The notes: generated by a model not told the origin, from the sequence alone. A DNA stretch of 64,000 bases from Hyphomicrobiales bacterium (GCA_021775875.1 JAJFHA010000022.1:146298-210297); one strand, 5' to 3'; counted from the stretch's first letter, positions 10,400 through 18,119 are shown. A program made the numbers and translations.

Positions 10400-10653
10400 T
10401 CATGCCGGATTTCGAATGCACTCTATGGCCAGACGGAATACCCACATGGCTTGGCGGTAACGGCGCTGAATGGATTCATTGCTGTGTGGCCCACGACCTT
10501 GGCGGCACTCATACAGAGCTGGCGCAATGCGTGGCGGCCGCAGGTTACCCACGTATCGGCATGTTGATGTTTGCCGGGCTGTACGCCTTTAGCGGACTCT
10601 ATCTCCTCCTGCAGCGTCGTGCGCCGTTCCAGCGCCCTGAAGGCGACCGGTGA
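10396..10653 (+). CDS. Small phage protein with PLA2-like CC..HD motif and hydrophobic C-terminus
   Basis: CTLWPDG...WIHCCVAHD...LAQCV; hydrophobic segment near the end. Confidence 0.55.
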   Translation: MIMPDFECTLWPDGIPTWLGGNGAEWIHCCVAHDLGGTHTELAQCVAAAGYPRIGMLMFAGLYAFSGLYLLLQRRAPFQRPEGDR

Positions 10654-10880
10654 TGGGTGAAGCCGTGTATTTCAAGGAAGGCGACCGGGTCCAAAAATCA
10701 AACGGCTATCTCTGGCCAGGCGTGATCCTTACCGTGTTCAAAACCCTCGCCGGAGAGACCCGCGTCGTTGTGGAATGCACGGTGCCGGAAGTAGCCGGCG
10801 CACTCCATATATACGCCCCGCGCCAGCTTCATTTGACCAATCAACCACCTGAAATGGAATTGCTGGAGACAATAGATTGA
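10650..10880 (+). CDS. DfrB/R67 (type II DHFR)-like SH3-fold protein
   Basis: F..GDRV.K..G..W.G...VVE...G.LHIY aligns by eye with the R67 core FGMGDRVRKKSGAAWQG...AVE...GSVQIY. Confidence 0.6.
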   Translation: MMGEAVYFKEGDRVQKSNGYLWPGVILTVFKTLAGETRVVVECTVPEVAGALHIYAPRQLHLTNQPPEMELLETID

Positions 10881-10884
10881 CCAA

Positions 10885-11244
10885 TCAGCAGGGCCAGGCA
10901 CCGACGATCTGGAAGGCAAAACCTAACACAATGAATATGATAGCAGGCTTGATGGCACGCCGTCGGGTTTTGAGATATCTCATCCGTGGCGGATCTTCAT
11001 TGCCCCTCGTTCGATCAACTTTCATGTGTATTTCGTCCGCCATGCGATCGAGTATTTCGGATGAATTCCCGTCGGCAATCAGCTGCCGGCGAAGCAATTT
11101 AATGACGCCTTCCATATTCTCCTTCGAAATCTCCAAATCAACACTCGCATACAGGTCGTATGCCAGCACCAAGAAGCCAAAAATATCGAGAAAGAGCCCT
11201 AGGATTGTCCACCAGCTTTGCTCATGTCCAAGGATCACACACAT
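10885..11244 (-). CDS. Small membrane protein (moron-like, opposite strand)
   Basis: Two terminal hydrophobic helices; more AT-rich than the flanking phage genes. Confidence 0.6.
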   Translation of the reverse strand: MCVILGHEQSWWTILGLFLDIFGFLVLAYDLYASVDLEISKENMEGVIKLLRRQLIADGNSSEILDRMADEIHMKVDRTRGNEDPPRMRYLKTRRRAIKPAIIFIVLGFAFQIVGAWPC

Positions 11245-11408
11245 GCAATATCTCCACTAATTGGAGCGGACGGCCCGGCGTGAAAACACGCCAGGCAGCG
11301 GGCCTAGCGCCAACCAGAACCCGCTCGACGCCAAGTTCCTTAACGCCACGTCCGCCGCTGCTATGCACAGCGAGGTGATACTGGCAGATTCGTGGAAGTT
11401 CCACACCC

Positions 11409-11624
11409 ATGGAACCAGTTCGTTGTGGATCATGTCGCAGGCTCTTGCTCCGAGCGGCATCGGGCGCTATAGCTCGCTCAATTGAAGTCAAGTGTGGCCG
11501 TTGTGGCGCACTGAATATATTGAGGCCGACAGAGCCCCAATCAGAACGCCCCGAGCGTCTTTCAGGAGATGACTCGTGTGGCTCTACCTACCAAAAGAAA
11601 CACTCACTCAAGGAACCAATATAG
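11409..11624 (+). CDS. com: Mu Com-like zinc-finger translational regulator
   Basis: VRCGSCRRLL...IEVKCGRCGALN (CxxC...CxxC); overlaps a DNA-modification gene as Mu com does mom. Confidence 0.85.
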   Translation: MEPVRCGSCRRLLLRAASGAIARSIEVKCGRCGALNILRPTEPQSERPERLSGDDSCGSTYQKKHSLKEPI

Positions 11625-12498
11625 CGGTCTCGCGCTATGCGCTGGATTTGGCGGATTGGAACTTGGCCTGCATATCGCAGAACCCGGATATCGAACCGTT
11701 TGTTATATCGAGCGGGAAGTGTTTGCCGCGTCCGCTCTCGTGGCGAGGATGGAAGACAAGGCCCTGGATGATGCGCCTCTCTGGGATGACGTTAAGTCCT
11801 TCGACGGCCGCCCGTGGCGTGGCAAAGTGGATATCCTCACTGCCGGATACCCTTGCCAGCCATTCACCTTCAGCGGCAAGCGACGCGGCAACAAAGACCC
11901 TCGCCATCTTTGGCCGGATGTGGCGCGGATCATCCGCGAAACCCAGCCTGAATGGGTCTTCTGCGAGAATGTCGAAGGGCATCTCGATCTGGGATTTGCC
12001 GAAGTCGCGGCAGAGTTTCAAGAAATGGGGTTTACGCTCAAAGCAGGCCTGTTTTCAGCGTATGAAGCAGGAGCGAACCACCAGAGGCGGCGTCTATTCA
12101 TGCTGGCCCACACCAACCATGGGAATGAGCGGCAACCAGTGCGAATGGAAGATAGGACCGGACGGGTTGATATTCCAGACACGAACCGATCAGGTCGGCA
12201 GTCAGATAGGGCTGTCCGAAGTGGCGCGCTCCTGGACCGCCTGGTGGCTCGGGTGTGTGGCTCTGGGCATGAAGCCGGTATCGACACCTACCGGTTACCC
12301 CTATTCGCACCCGCTCCATCTGCGTTGCAGGCCTGGGACCAGGCTCTTGCCCGGCGAGTTGACCTTCAACCCGAATTTTTCAGACTGGATCATGGGGTGG
12401 CCAATCGGATGGAGCGACCCTTCGCAGCCGGTAACGGAGTGGTCAGTCTGGCTGCGGCGCTCGCGTACAGCACTCTCCGAGCTGCTTTCAATGAATAG
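11569..12498 (+). CDS. DNA cytosine-5 methyltransferase, catalytic chain (start may be GTG 11578)
   Basis: Motifs I (LCAGFGG), IV (GYPCQPF), VI (ENV), VIII (QRRRRLF), X (GNGVV); no recognisable motif IX in this frame. Confidence 0.9.
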   Translation: MTRVALPTKRNTHSRNQYSGLALCAGFGGLELGLHIAEPGYRTVCYIEREVFAASALVARMEDKALDDAPLWDDVKSFDGRPWRGKVDILTAGYPCQPFTFSGKRRGNKDPRHLWPDVARIIRETQPEWVFCENVEGHLDLGFAEVAAEFQEMGFTLKAGLFSAYEAGANHQRRRLFMLAHTNHGNERQPVRMEDRTGRVDIPDTNRSGRQSDRAVRSGALLDRLVARVCGSGHEAGIDTYRLPLFAPAPSALQAWDQALARRVDLQPEFFRLDHGVANRMERPFAAGNGVVSLAAALAYSTLRAAFNE

Positions 12499-12514
12499 GA
12501 TGGCTTCAAGTTGA
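11576..12514 (+). CDS. Overlapping +1-frame ORF; putative second (TRD/motif IX) chain of the methyltransferase
   Basis: 312 stop-free codons; AGGAG 7 nt upstream of GTG; WPTP and FNPNFSDWIMGWPIGW motifs. Confidence 0.7.
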   Translation: MWLYLPKETLTQGTNIAVSRYALDLADWNLACISQNPDIEPFVISSGKCLPRPLSWRGWKTRPWMMRLSGMTLSPSTAARGVAKWISSLPDTLASHSPSAASDAATKTLAIFGRMWRGSSAKPSLNGSSARMSKGISIWDLPKSRQSFKKWGLRSKQACFQRMKQERTTRGGVYSCWPTPTMGMSGNQCEWKIGPDGLIFQTRTDQVGSQIGLSEVARSWTAWWLGCVALGMKPVSTPTGYPYSHPLHLRCRPGTRLLPGELTFNPNFSDWIMGWPIGWSDPSQPVTEWSVWLRRSRTALSELLSMNRMASS

Positions 12515-12549
12515 TATTTAAGAAGCTTCAATAGCCATTTGAGGGCTGT

Positions 12550-12578
12550 TTGCACCAGAACATTTTTTCCCCCATAAT
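12550..12578 (+). promoter_or_regulatory. Putative sigma70 promoter
   Basis: TTGCAC-17nt-CATAAT, ending 6 nt before ATG 12585. Confidence 0.5.
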
Positions 12579-12584
12579 AGGGCT

Positions 12585-12785
12585 ATGGATTACTTCAGTG
12601 TAGAACTTCGGCACGGCGAAAACAAACAGCTATGGATTGCACGCTGCGAAACGGAAGCGGAGGCAGAGCAATTGGCTCAGGATTCCGCAGGATCACTTCC
12701 AGAAGCAACACCAGATGCGAACAAACTCGCCGGAAAGCCCCCAGTGGAACTCAAGCCGAATACGGCGATGCAGTGGGTGCCCTAG
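12585..12785 (+). CDS. Hypothetical 66-aa protein at prophage end
   Basis: ATG ORF with upstream promoter-like sequence; family not recognised. Confidence 0.5.
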   Translation: MDYFSVELRHGENKQLWIARCETEAEAEQLAQDSAGSLPEATPDANKLAGKPPVELKPNTAMQWVP

Positions 12786-12899
12786 CCGCCAAACTTAACG
12801 TTTCAAAGTGATCATTGCCCAAAATTTTGCTACAAATTTAGCTGTCAAAAATTCAGTATTAGGTGTCGCGCTACAGTAACAAGAGATCTCAAAAGAAGT

Positions 12900-12976
12900 T
12901 GGTAGCGGGAGAGGGACTTGAACCCCCGACACGCGGATTATGATTCCGCTGCTCTAACCAGCTGAGCTACCCCGCC
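12900..12976 (-). tRNA. tRNA-Met(CAT), probably elongator, CCA encoded
   Basis: Reverse complement GGCGGGGTAGCTCAGCTGGTTAGAGCAGCGGAATCATAATCCGCGTGTCGGGGGTTCAAGTCCCTCTCCCGCTACCA folds as a cloverleaf. Confidence 0.96.
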
Positions 12977-13089
12977 AAGGGGGATCGGAACATATAAGGT
13001 CGCCCGATCCGGGGCCCTTAAAAGGGCCAGAAGCGATATAGGATTAGCGCCTATGCCGTGTCAATACAGATTGGCGTATGAAGTCTGAA

Positions 13090-13857
13090 TTATTCCCGGA
13101 TCTGGCGTGTCGTCGCAGCCTGCCCTTTGGGTTTGACTGATGCCATTTCCGGTTGCCGGGCCAGCTCGCGCAAATGATCATCCCGACTTATCGGGTCTTG
13201 CATACGCTCGAACCGCAATAGGGAAAACATGCCAAACGGCCCGAAGGAAACCCGCTCGGCCATTCGCAAATATTGCTGCCCCAATATTCTTTCGATCGGG
13301 AATTCCGGGCGCCAGCCCAGTGCGCTCGCGAGCGGCGCCATTAAGCGTTCCGCCATGCCGCGAGGGCCGGATGTGGCGGAAAAATGGTTGACGATAACCA
13401 CTTCGCCATCAGTCTTGCAGACCCGCTGCATCTCGCTCATGACCCTGCCCGGGTCCGGAACCACGGTCAGCATATACATGGCAACAACCTTGTCGAAGGA
13501 ATTGTCGGCAAATTCCAAATTTTCGGCATCCATTACCAAAAGGTCTTTAACATTGGTAAGGTTCAGCCGATCGGCCTTGGCTCTGGCGCGTTCAAGCATA
13601 TCAGGGCTTAAATCAATCGCGGTAATTTCAATGTCGCTGCGATATTGGTCCAGGGAAATCCCGGTCCCAACACCGATTTCGAGCAGAGTTCCCGGAGAGC
13701 GGTTGATGATTTTCATGGCCTGGCGACACCCAGCACGTACCAGCCAGCCAAAAAAGAGATCGTAGACCGGGGCCCACCGGGCATAGGCGCGTTTTACTGT
13801 GGCCTCATCTATCGCAACCAGATCACGCACAAAACGTCCTTCCAAATCCCGCCGCAC
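13090..13857 (-). CDS. pmtA: Phosphatidylethanolamine N-methyltransferase (class I SAM MTase)
   Basis: AYARWAPVYD, LEIGVGTG, VVPDP, VNHF motifs. Confidence 0.8.
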   Translation of the reverse strand: MRRDLEGRFVRDLVAIDEATVKRAYARWAPVYDLFFGWLVRAGCRQAMKIINRSPGTLLEIGVGTGISLDQYRSDIEITAIDLSPDMLERARAKADRLNLTNVKDLLVMDAENLEFADNSFDKVVAMYMLTVVPDPGRVMSEMQRVCKTDGEVVIVNHFSATSGPRGMAERLMAPLASALGWRPEFPIERILGQQYLRMAERVSFGPFGMFSLLRFERMQDPISRDDHLRELARQPEMASVKPKGQAATTRQIRE

Positions 13858-13880
13858 ATTTCACAGGTCAAAAAAAGAGA

Positions 13881-15170
13881 TTAATGCCCAAACGTTTCGC
13901 CAACCCGTTCTTTCGATTTTTCTCCGGTCCCGGCCGCATACATGTCCAGTGCCGCGCTGTCTCTGCTTGTGGATTTGATCCAGCCACCGCCCAACACCCG
14001 TGCCGGTGATTGCAATTTTTCGTAAAAGACACATGCCTGGCCGGGCGCGACGCCCTCTTCGCCTTCATCGAGCACAACCCGAACCGCACCATTCTCGGCC
14101 GCGATCAGCCAAGCCGGTTGTGGCGGGCGGGTAGAGCGCACCCGCACATAGACGCGCACTTTGTCTTTCAAGGCTTCTTCCAGACTGGTGTCGCCGATCC
14201 AGTTCAGGTCACGGAGCAGAAAATGCCGGATCAAAAGAGCGTCTCGTGGTCCGACAATGACCTGGCGCGCATCCGCATCGAGCTTGACCACAAATAACGG
14301 ATCACCAACCGCAATACCGATGCCCCGGCGCTGGCCAATTGTATAATTCAAAATTCCATCGTGACGACCAAGTACCCGTCCATCCACGTGAACGATATCG
14401 CCCGGCTCCGCAGCACCCGGCCGCAGCCGTTCCACAACATTGGAATAATGTCCGCTTGGAACAAAACAGATATCCTGGCTATCCGCCTTGGTTGCTACCG
14501 GCAAGCCCATCTCGTGGGCCATCTCACGGGTCGCGGCTTTCGGAATATCGCCGAGCGGAAAGCGCAGGAAATCAAGTTGTGGACGGGTTGTCGTAAACAG
14601 GAAATAACTCTGGTCGCGGGACAAGTCGCTAGCCTGATACAATTCAGGACCCGCTATGCCCTGCCGCCTGGATATATAATGCCCGGTCGCCAGCGCCGCC
14701 GCACCCAATTCCCGCGCAGTATCCAGCATATCGACAAATTTGATCTGTTGATTGCAGCTAATGCATGGCACCGGGGTTTCACCGGACACATAACTCTGGG
14801 CGAAATTTTCCATAACGGTTTCGCGGAACCGTTGCTCATAATCGAGCACATAATGAGGGAAATCCAGAATGTCGGCTACGCGCCGCGCGTCATGAATATC
14901 TTGGCCCGCACAGCACGCGCCTGAGCGATGCACCGCTGCTCCATGATCATACAATTGCAGCGTAACACCTACAACATCACACCCGGCGCGTTTCAAAAGG
15001 CCGGCGACAACGGACGAATCCACACCGCCCGACATTGCAACAACAACGCGCTGGTTTTTCGCGGACACGTCAAGATCAAGGCTCTCAACAATGGCGGATG
15101 GTTCAGGTAATACACTCATGGTCATGTTTTCTATCAGCCTCACAACTGGCTTGCCAGCTTTTGAGCGCAT
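13881..15170 (-). CDS. mnmA: tRNA 2-thiouridylase
   Basis: [37 protein letters not shown]; true start probably somewhat downstream. Confidence 0.96.
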   Translation of the reverse strand: MRSKAGKPVVRLIENMTMSVLPEPSAIVESLDLDVSAKNQRVVVAMSGGVDSSVVAGLLKRAGCDVVGVTLQLYDHGAAVHRSGACCAGQDIHDARRVADILDFPHYVLDYEQRFRETVMENFAQSYVSGETPVPCISCNQQIKFVDMLDTARELGAAALATGHYISRRQGIAGPELYQASDLSRDQSYFLFTTTRPQLDFLRFPLGDIPKAATREMAHEMGLPVATKADSQDICFVPSGHYSNVVERLRPGAAEPGDIVHVDGRVLGRHDGILNYTIGQRRGIGIAVGDPLFVVKLDADARQVIVGPRDALLIRHFLLRDLNWIGDTSLEEALKDKVRVYVRVRSTRPPQPAWLIAAENGAVRVVLDEGEEGVAPGQACVFYEKLQSPARVLGGGWIKSTSRDSAALDMYAAGTGEKSKERVGETFGH

Positions 15171-15216
15171 AATCGGCAGCTAAAATGCCAAATTTACAGG
15201 TGAAATTTTACCCCCA

Positions 15217-15237
15217 AACCGGCATTTTTTGCCGGTT
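15217..15237. promoter_or_regulatory. ftr-like inverted repeat (putative FlbD enhancer)
   Basis: AACCGGCATTTTTTGCCGGTT ~70 bp upstream of a sigma54 promoter. Confidence 0.55.
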
Positions 15238-15308
15238 CCTTTAGCCCAACATCATTTTTGATTTTCATTAAACCGCAGAAACAGGCCATTTTATGGCAGT
15301 TCTCAGGT

Positions 15309-15323
15309 TGGCACTACACTTGC
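15309..15323 (+). promoter_or_regulatory. sigma54 -24/-12 promoter of fliK-flgD
   Basis: TGGCAC-TACAC-TTGC, exact consensus spacing. Confidence 0.8.
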
Positions 15324-15382
15324 TTCTTCAAGTTTGATCAATTTTCCCGTGATGGCACGGGTACGTAATAGTTTGGAGCTTT

Positions 15383-16720
15383 TTGATTTTGAGCACGGCA
15401 ACTGCCCATATGCTTATCTCACCGGTTTCCGGTGGAAATGGCCAGCAGACCAGCGGAACCGCTTCCGCCCCGTCTGCCGCCAATGGCATATTCGCAGCTC
15501 TTCTTGGAAATCAGGCGGGCCAGCCAGGTATCGCTGATCTGTCTGAGAATGCCATGATGGCGCTGGTCAACAACGCCCCGACAAGCATTGAAACTCCGGG
15601 TGCACTTTCAACCGAGACCCTCACCAGCCTGGCTAGCGGTATTATTCCCGGCGATACCATCTCGGTTAGTACATCTTCAGCAAACACCCCTGCTTCTGAT
15701 TTACCTGGCACCATTGCAAATATTATGGATCCGGCCAGTGGCAAGGCTGCTTCAGGTACAACCACTGCTGCATTAGCAACAAGTCTGAAAGCGCCTGCAA
15801 CGGAAGACGCAAATATTGCGCTCCAGCAAGGCATCGTTGCCAGCGGCAAAGAAACCCTTGACCAACAATCCAAACACGCCGCCGGTGCCAGCGGCAAAGA
15901 AACCCTTGACCAACAATCCAAACACGCCGCCGGTGCGCAGGCCCCTGTAGCAGTAACCGCTTCGGGCCTGCGCCCAACTTCTTTAACCAGAGAAGACGAG
16001 CCGAAAATCACCTCGCAATTTGGCGATCGCAAATCGAGCCCAAGTCCAAGCCAGTCTGGAGCGTCCTTAATGGCCAATCCTGGAGCAGGCGCCACAAAAG
16101 CCAGCACCCATGCGCTTGTCCATAGCAATATAGTCACTGCATTCGGTGCTCAGGGAATTGAACGCCCTGATCCCATCGCCGCAAATAGCAACCACATCAA
16201 CAACCTGACGCTTGTGCGTGAAACCGCCGCCACAGAAAATTACACCCAGCAAATGCGTTTGGCGGGCGACGGAGTGAAAGCACCGGCAAGAAGCCTCGCG
16301 GTTGAAATATCCAATCATGCGCAGGCCGGGATCAAGCGGTTTGAAATTCGCATGGACCCGCCAGAATTGGGACGGATCGATGTGCGGCTTGAAATGAAAG
16401 ACAATGGCAGCGTCACCACCCGGCTTGTGGTCGAACGCGCTGAAACCCTGGAACTGCTGCAACGCGATACCAAACTGATTGAGCGCACACTTAGCGACAA
16501 TGGTCTAAAAACCGACGAAGGCGGCATCCGCATGTCGCTGAAAAATGATGGCAATGGCGAACAGTCCCAGACCGGTGCCAACGAGCCTGAAGATCAGAAC
16601 AGTCAATCAAATAACGCAGTAGCACCCGATACAACTATTCTAATGATGAACGAAGATTATGACGGCCTGCCGCTTTCACATCGAGCAATGGCTGATGGCC
16701 GACTGGACATCAGTGTTTAG
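15383..16720 (+). CDS. fliK: Flagellar hook-length control protein
   Basis: FEIRMDPPELGRIDVRL...VERAETLELLQRD domain; upstream of flgD. Confidence 0.88.
   Translation: MILSTATAHMLISPVSGGNGQQTSGTASAPSAANGIFAALLGNQAGQPGIADLSENAMMALVNNAPTSIETPGALSTETLTSLASGIIPGDTISVSTSSANTPASDLPGTIANIMDPASGKAASGTTTAALATSLKAPATEDANIALQQGIVASGKETLDQQSKHAAGASGKETLDQQSKHAAGAQAPVAVTASGLRPTSLTREDEPKITSQFGDRKSSPSPSQSGASLMANPGAGATKASTHALVHSNIVTAFGAQGIERPDPIAANSNHINNLTLVRETAATENYTQQMRLAGDGVKAPARSLAVEISNHAQAGIKRFEIRMDPPELGRIDVRLEMKDNGSVTTRLVVERAETLELLQRDTKLIERTLSDNGLKTDEGGIRMSLKNDGNGEQSQTGANEPEDQNSQSNNAVAPDTTILMMNEDYDGLPLSHRAMADGRLDISV
15838..15936 (+). repeat. Perfect 48-bp tandem duplication inside fliK
   Basis: ASGKETLDQQSKHAAG encoded twice with identical DNA. 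Confidence 0.9.
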
Positions 16721-16751
16721 GGGCCATACATGAAACTTGAAAGCCAATAAT

Positions 16752-17408
16752 ATGGACATCAACGGCCTTAGCTCCCTTTCGACCATTCAGGGCGTGGAAA
16801 ATAACCGGGCAACGATTGCGGACAATTTCGATACGTTTCTGCAATTATTGACAACCCAGTTACAAAACCAGAACCCGCTTGATCCGCTTGATACCAATCA
16901 GTTCACCCAGCAACTAGTGCAATTTACCGGCGTTGAACAAGCACTGAAAACCAACGAACAGCTTGAAACCCTGTTGATGTTCCAGTCTGCAAACACTGCA
17001 ACTTCAGCAGTCAATTATATTGGCAAAACCATCGTTACCGATGGCTCCAGCGCTGAATTGTCAGGCGGCGAAGCGGTATGGACCTATAACTTGCAGGTTC
17101 CTGCTTCCAATTCCACGATCACCATCCGCAATTCGAATGGCCAAACTGTATATACTGAACAGGTTTCGCTAACCGAAGGTGCCAAGGATATCACCTGGGA
17201 TGGCATCGACACCAATGGCGACATACAGCCGAATGGTGTCTATGAGATTTCAATCGATGCCCGCGACGCTAACAACAATTCTCTGGCAATCAGTACATCT
17301 GTAGGCGGACGGGTTGATAGCGTTGATCTCTCGGGCGTCGATCCAGTTCTCATTATAGGATCACAGCGTATCAACTTGAGCACGGTCACCTCGATCAGTG
17401 AAAGCTAG
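16752..17408 (+). CDS. flgD: Flagellar hook capping protein
   Basis: FLQLLTTQLQNQNPLDPLDTNQFTQQLVQF motif. Confidence 0.95.
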   Translation: MDINGLSSLSTIQGVENNRATIADNFDTFLQLLTTQLQNQNPLDPLDTNQFTQQLVQFTGVEQALKTNEQLETLLMFQSANTATSAVNYIGKTIVTDGSSAELSGGEAVWTYNLQVPASNSTITIRNSNGQTVYTEQVSLTEGAKDITWDGIDTNGDIQPNGVYEISIDARDANNNSLAISTSVGGRVDSVDLSGVDPVLIIGSQRINLSTVTSISES

Positions 17409-17673
17409 AGCAAGTTTCGACCATACGGGATTGTTTGACCGGTTTTTCGCGTCTGCTGGCAAGGTATGGTCCGCACCGTGGCCCGGGCGGCCACAAGCGG
17501 AGCATAACGCAGTCCAGCGGGCGCGAAAAATCGGCCTTCGGTGGGCCAAATCAGTCCATCGGCGGCGTTGCGAAATTTGCCCGATCAACCAGATCGCGCT
17601 GCGTTTCGCGCCTTGCCGAGTGAACCGATTTGGCACCATCAAACTATTCCATATGGTCGAAACTTGCTCTAGC
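17404..17673. mobile_element. MITE-like element with ~27-bp terminal inverted repeats
   Basis: GCTAGAGCAAGTTTCGACCATACGGGA ... TTCCATATGGTCGAAACTTGCTCTAGC; internal hairpins; no transposase. Confidence 0.7.
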
Positions 17674-17717
17674 CGCACGTCAACGCGCAATATCCCCGTT
17701 TGGTCCGCTTTTCAGGC

Positions 17718-17732
17718 TTAATGGGTGATTAA
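17718..17732. promoter_or_regulatory. CtrA box upstream of sciP
   Basis: TTAA-TGGGTGA-TTAA; a second near-match TTAG-N7-TTAA at 17751-17765. Confidence 0.8.
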
Positions 17733-17843
17733 AGGCCCGAACCACACGCTTTAGGTAAATCTTAAACCGATTATCGTAGATTTAGAACGTTGAATGATCG
17801 CGTATGGGTCATTGTTTAGTTAGTAGCGTTGAGTGAGTATAGT

Positions 17844-18119
17844 ATGACCGGTCAGTATATGCCGCGTGTAAAGTATGTGATTGGGCCAGATGGTAGCCCT
17901 CTGACAATTGCTGATCTTCCACCAACTTCCACCCGTCGCTGGGTGATCCGGCGCAAAGCCGAAGTTGTGGCAGCAGTTCGGGGTGGATTGTTAAGCCTCG
18001 AAGAAGCCTGTGACCGTTACACCCTGACGGTGGAGGAGTTCCTCTCCTGGCAGCGTTCGATCGAACACCATGGTCTTCCCGGCTTGCGCGCAACAAGGGT
18101 GCAGCATTACAGGCCCTAA
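17844..18119 (+). CDS. sciP: CtrA inhibitor SciP (DUF1153)
   Basis: VIGPDGSPLTIADLPP..RRWVIRRKAEVVAAVRGGLL. Confidence 0.93.
   Translation: MTGQYMPRVKYVIGPDGSPLTIADLPPTSTRRWVIRRKAEVVAAVRGGLLSLEEACDRYTLTVEEFLSWQRSIEHHGLPGLRATRVQHYRP

Larger units (their letters stand above)
1..12875 (+). mobile_element. Right end of a prophage with a non-contractile tail and Mu-like com/modification end; left part lies outside the window
   Basis: Contiguous co-oriented tail genes with ATGA-type overlaps, then com + DNA methylase, then an abrupt switch to tRNA and housekeeping genes. Confidence 0.9.

Noticed and set aside
1-12875. Gene transfer agent instead of prophage
   Set aside because: com/methylase end, morons and tail gene set do not match the RcGTA cluster
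17361-17721. ORFs on both strands between flgD and sciP
   Set aside because: They fall in the inverted-repeat element and show no protein features
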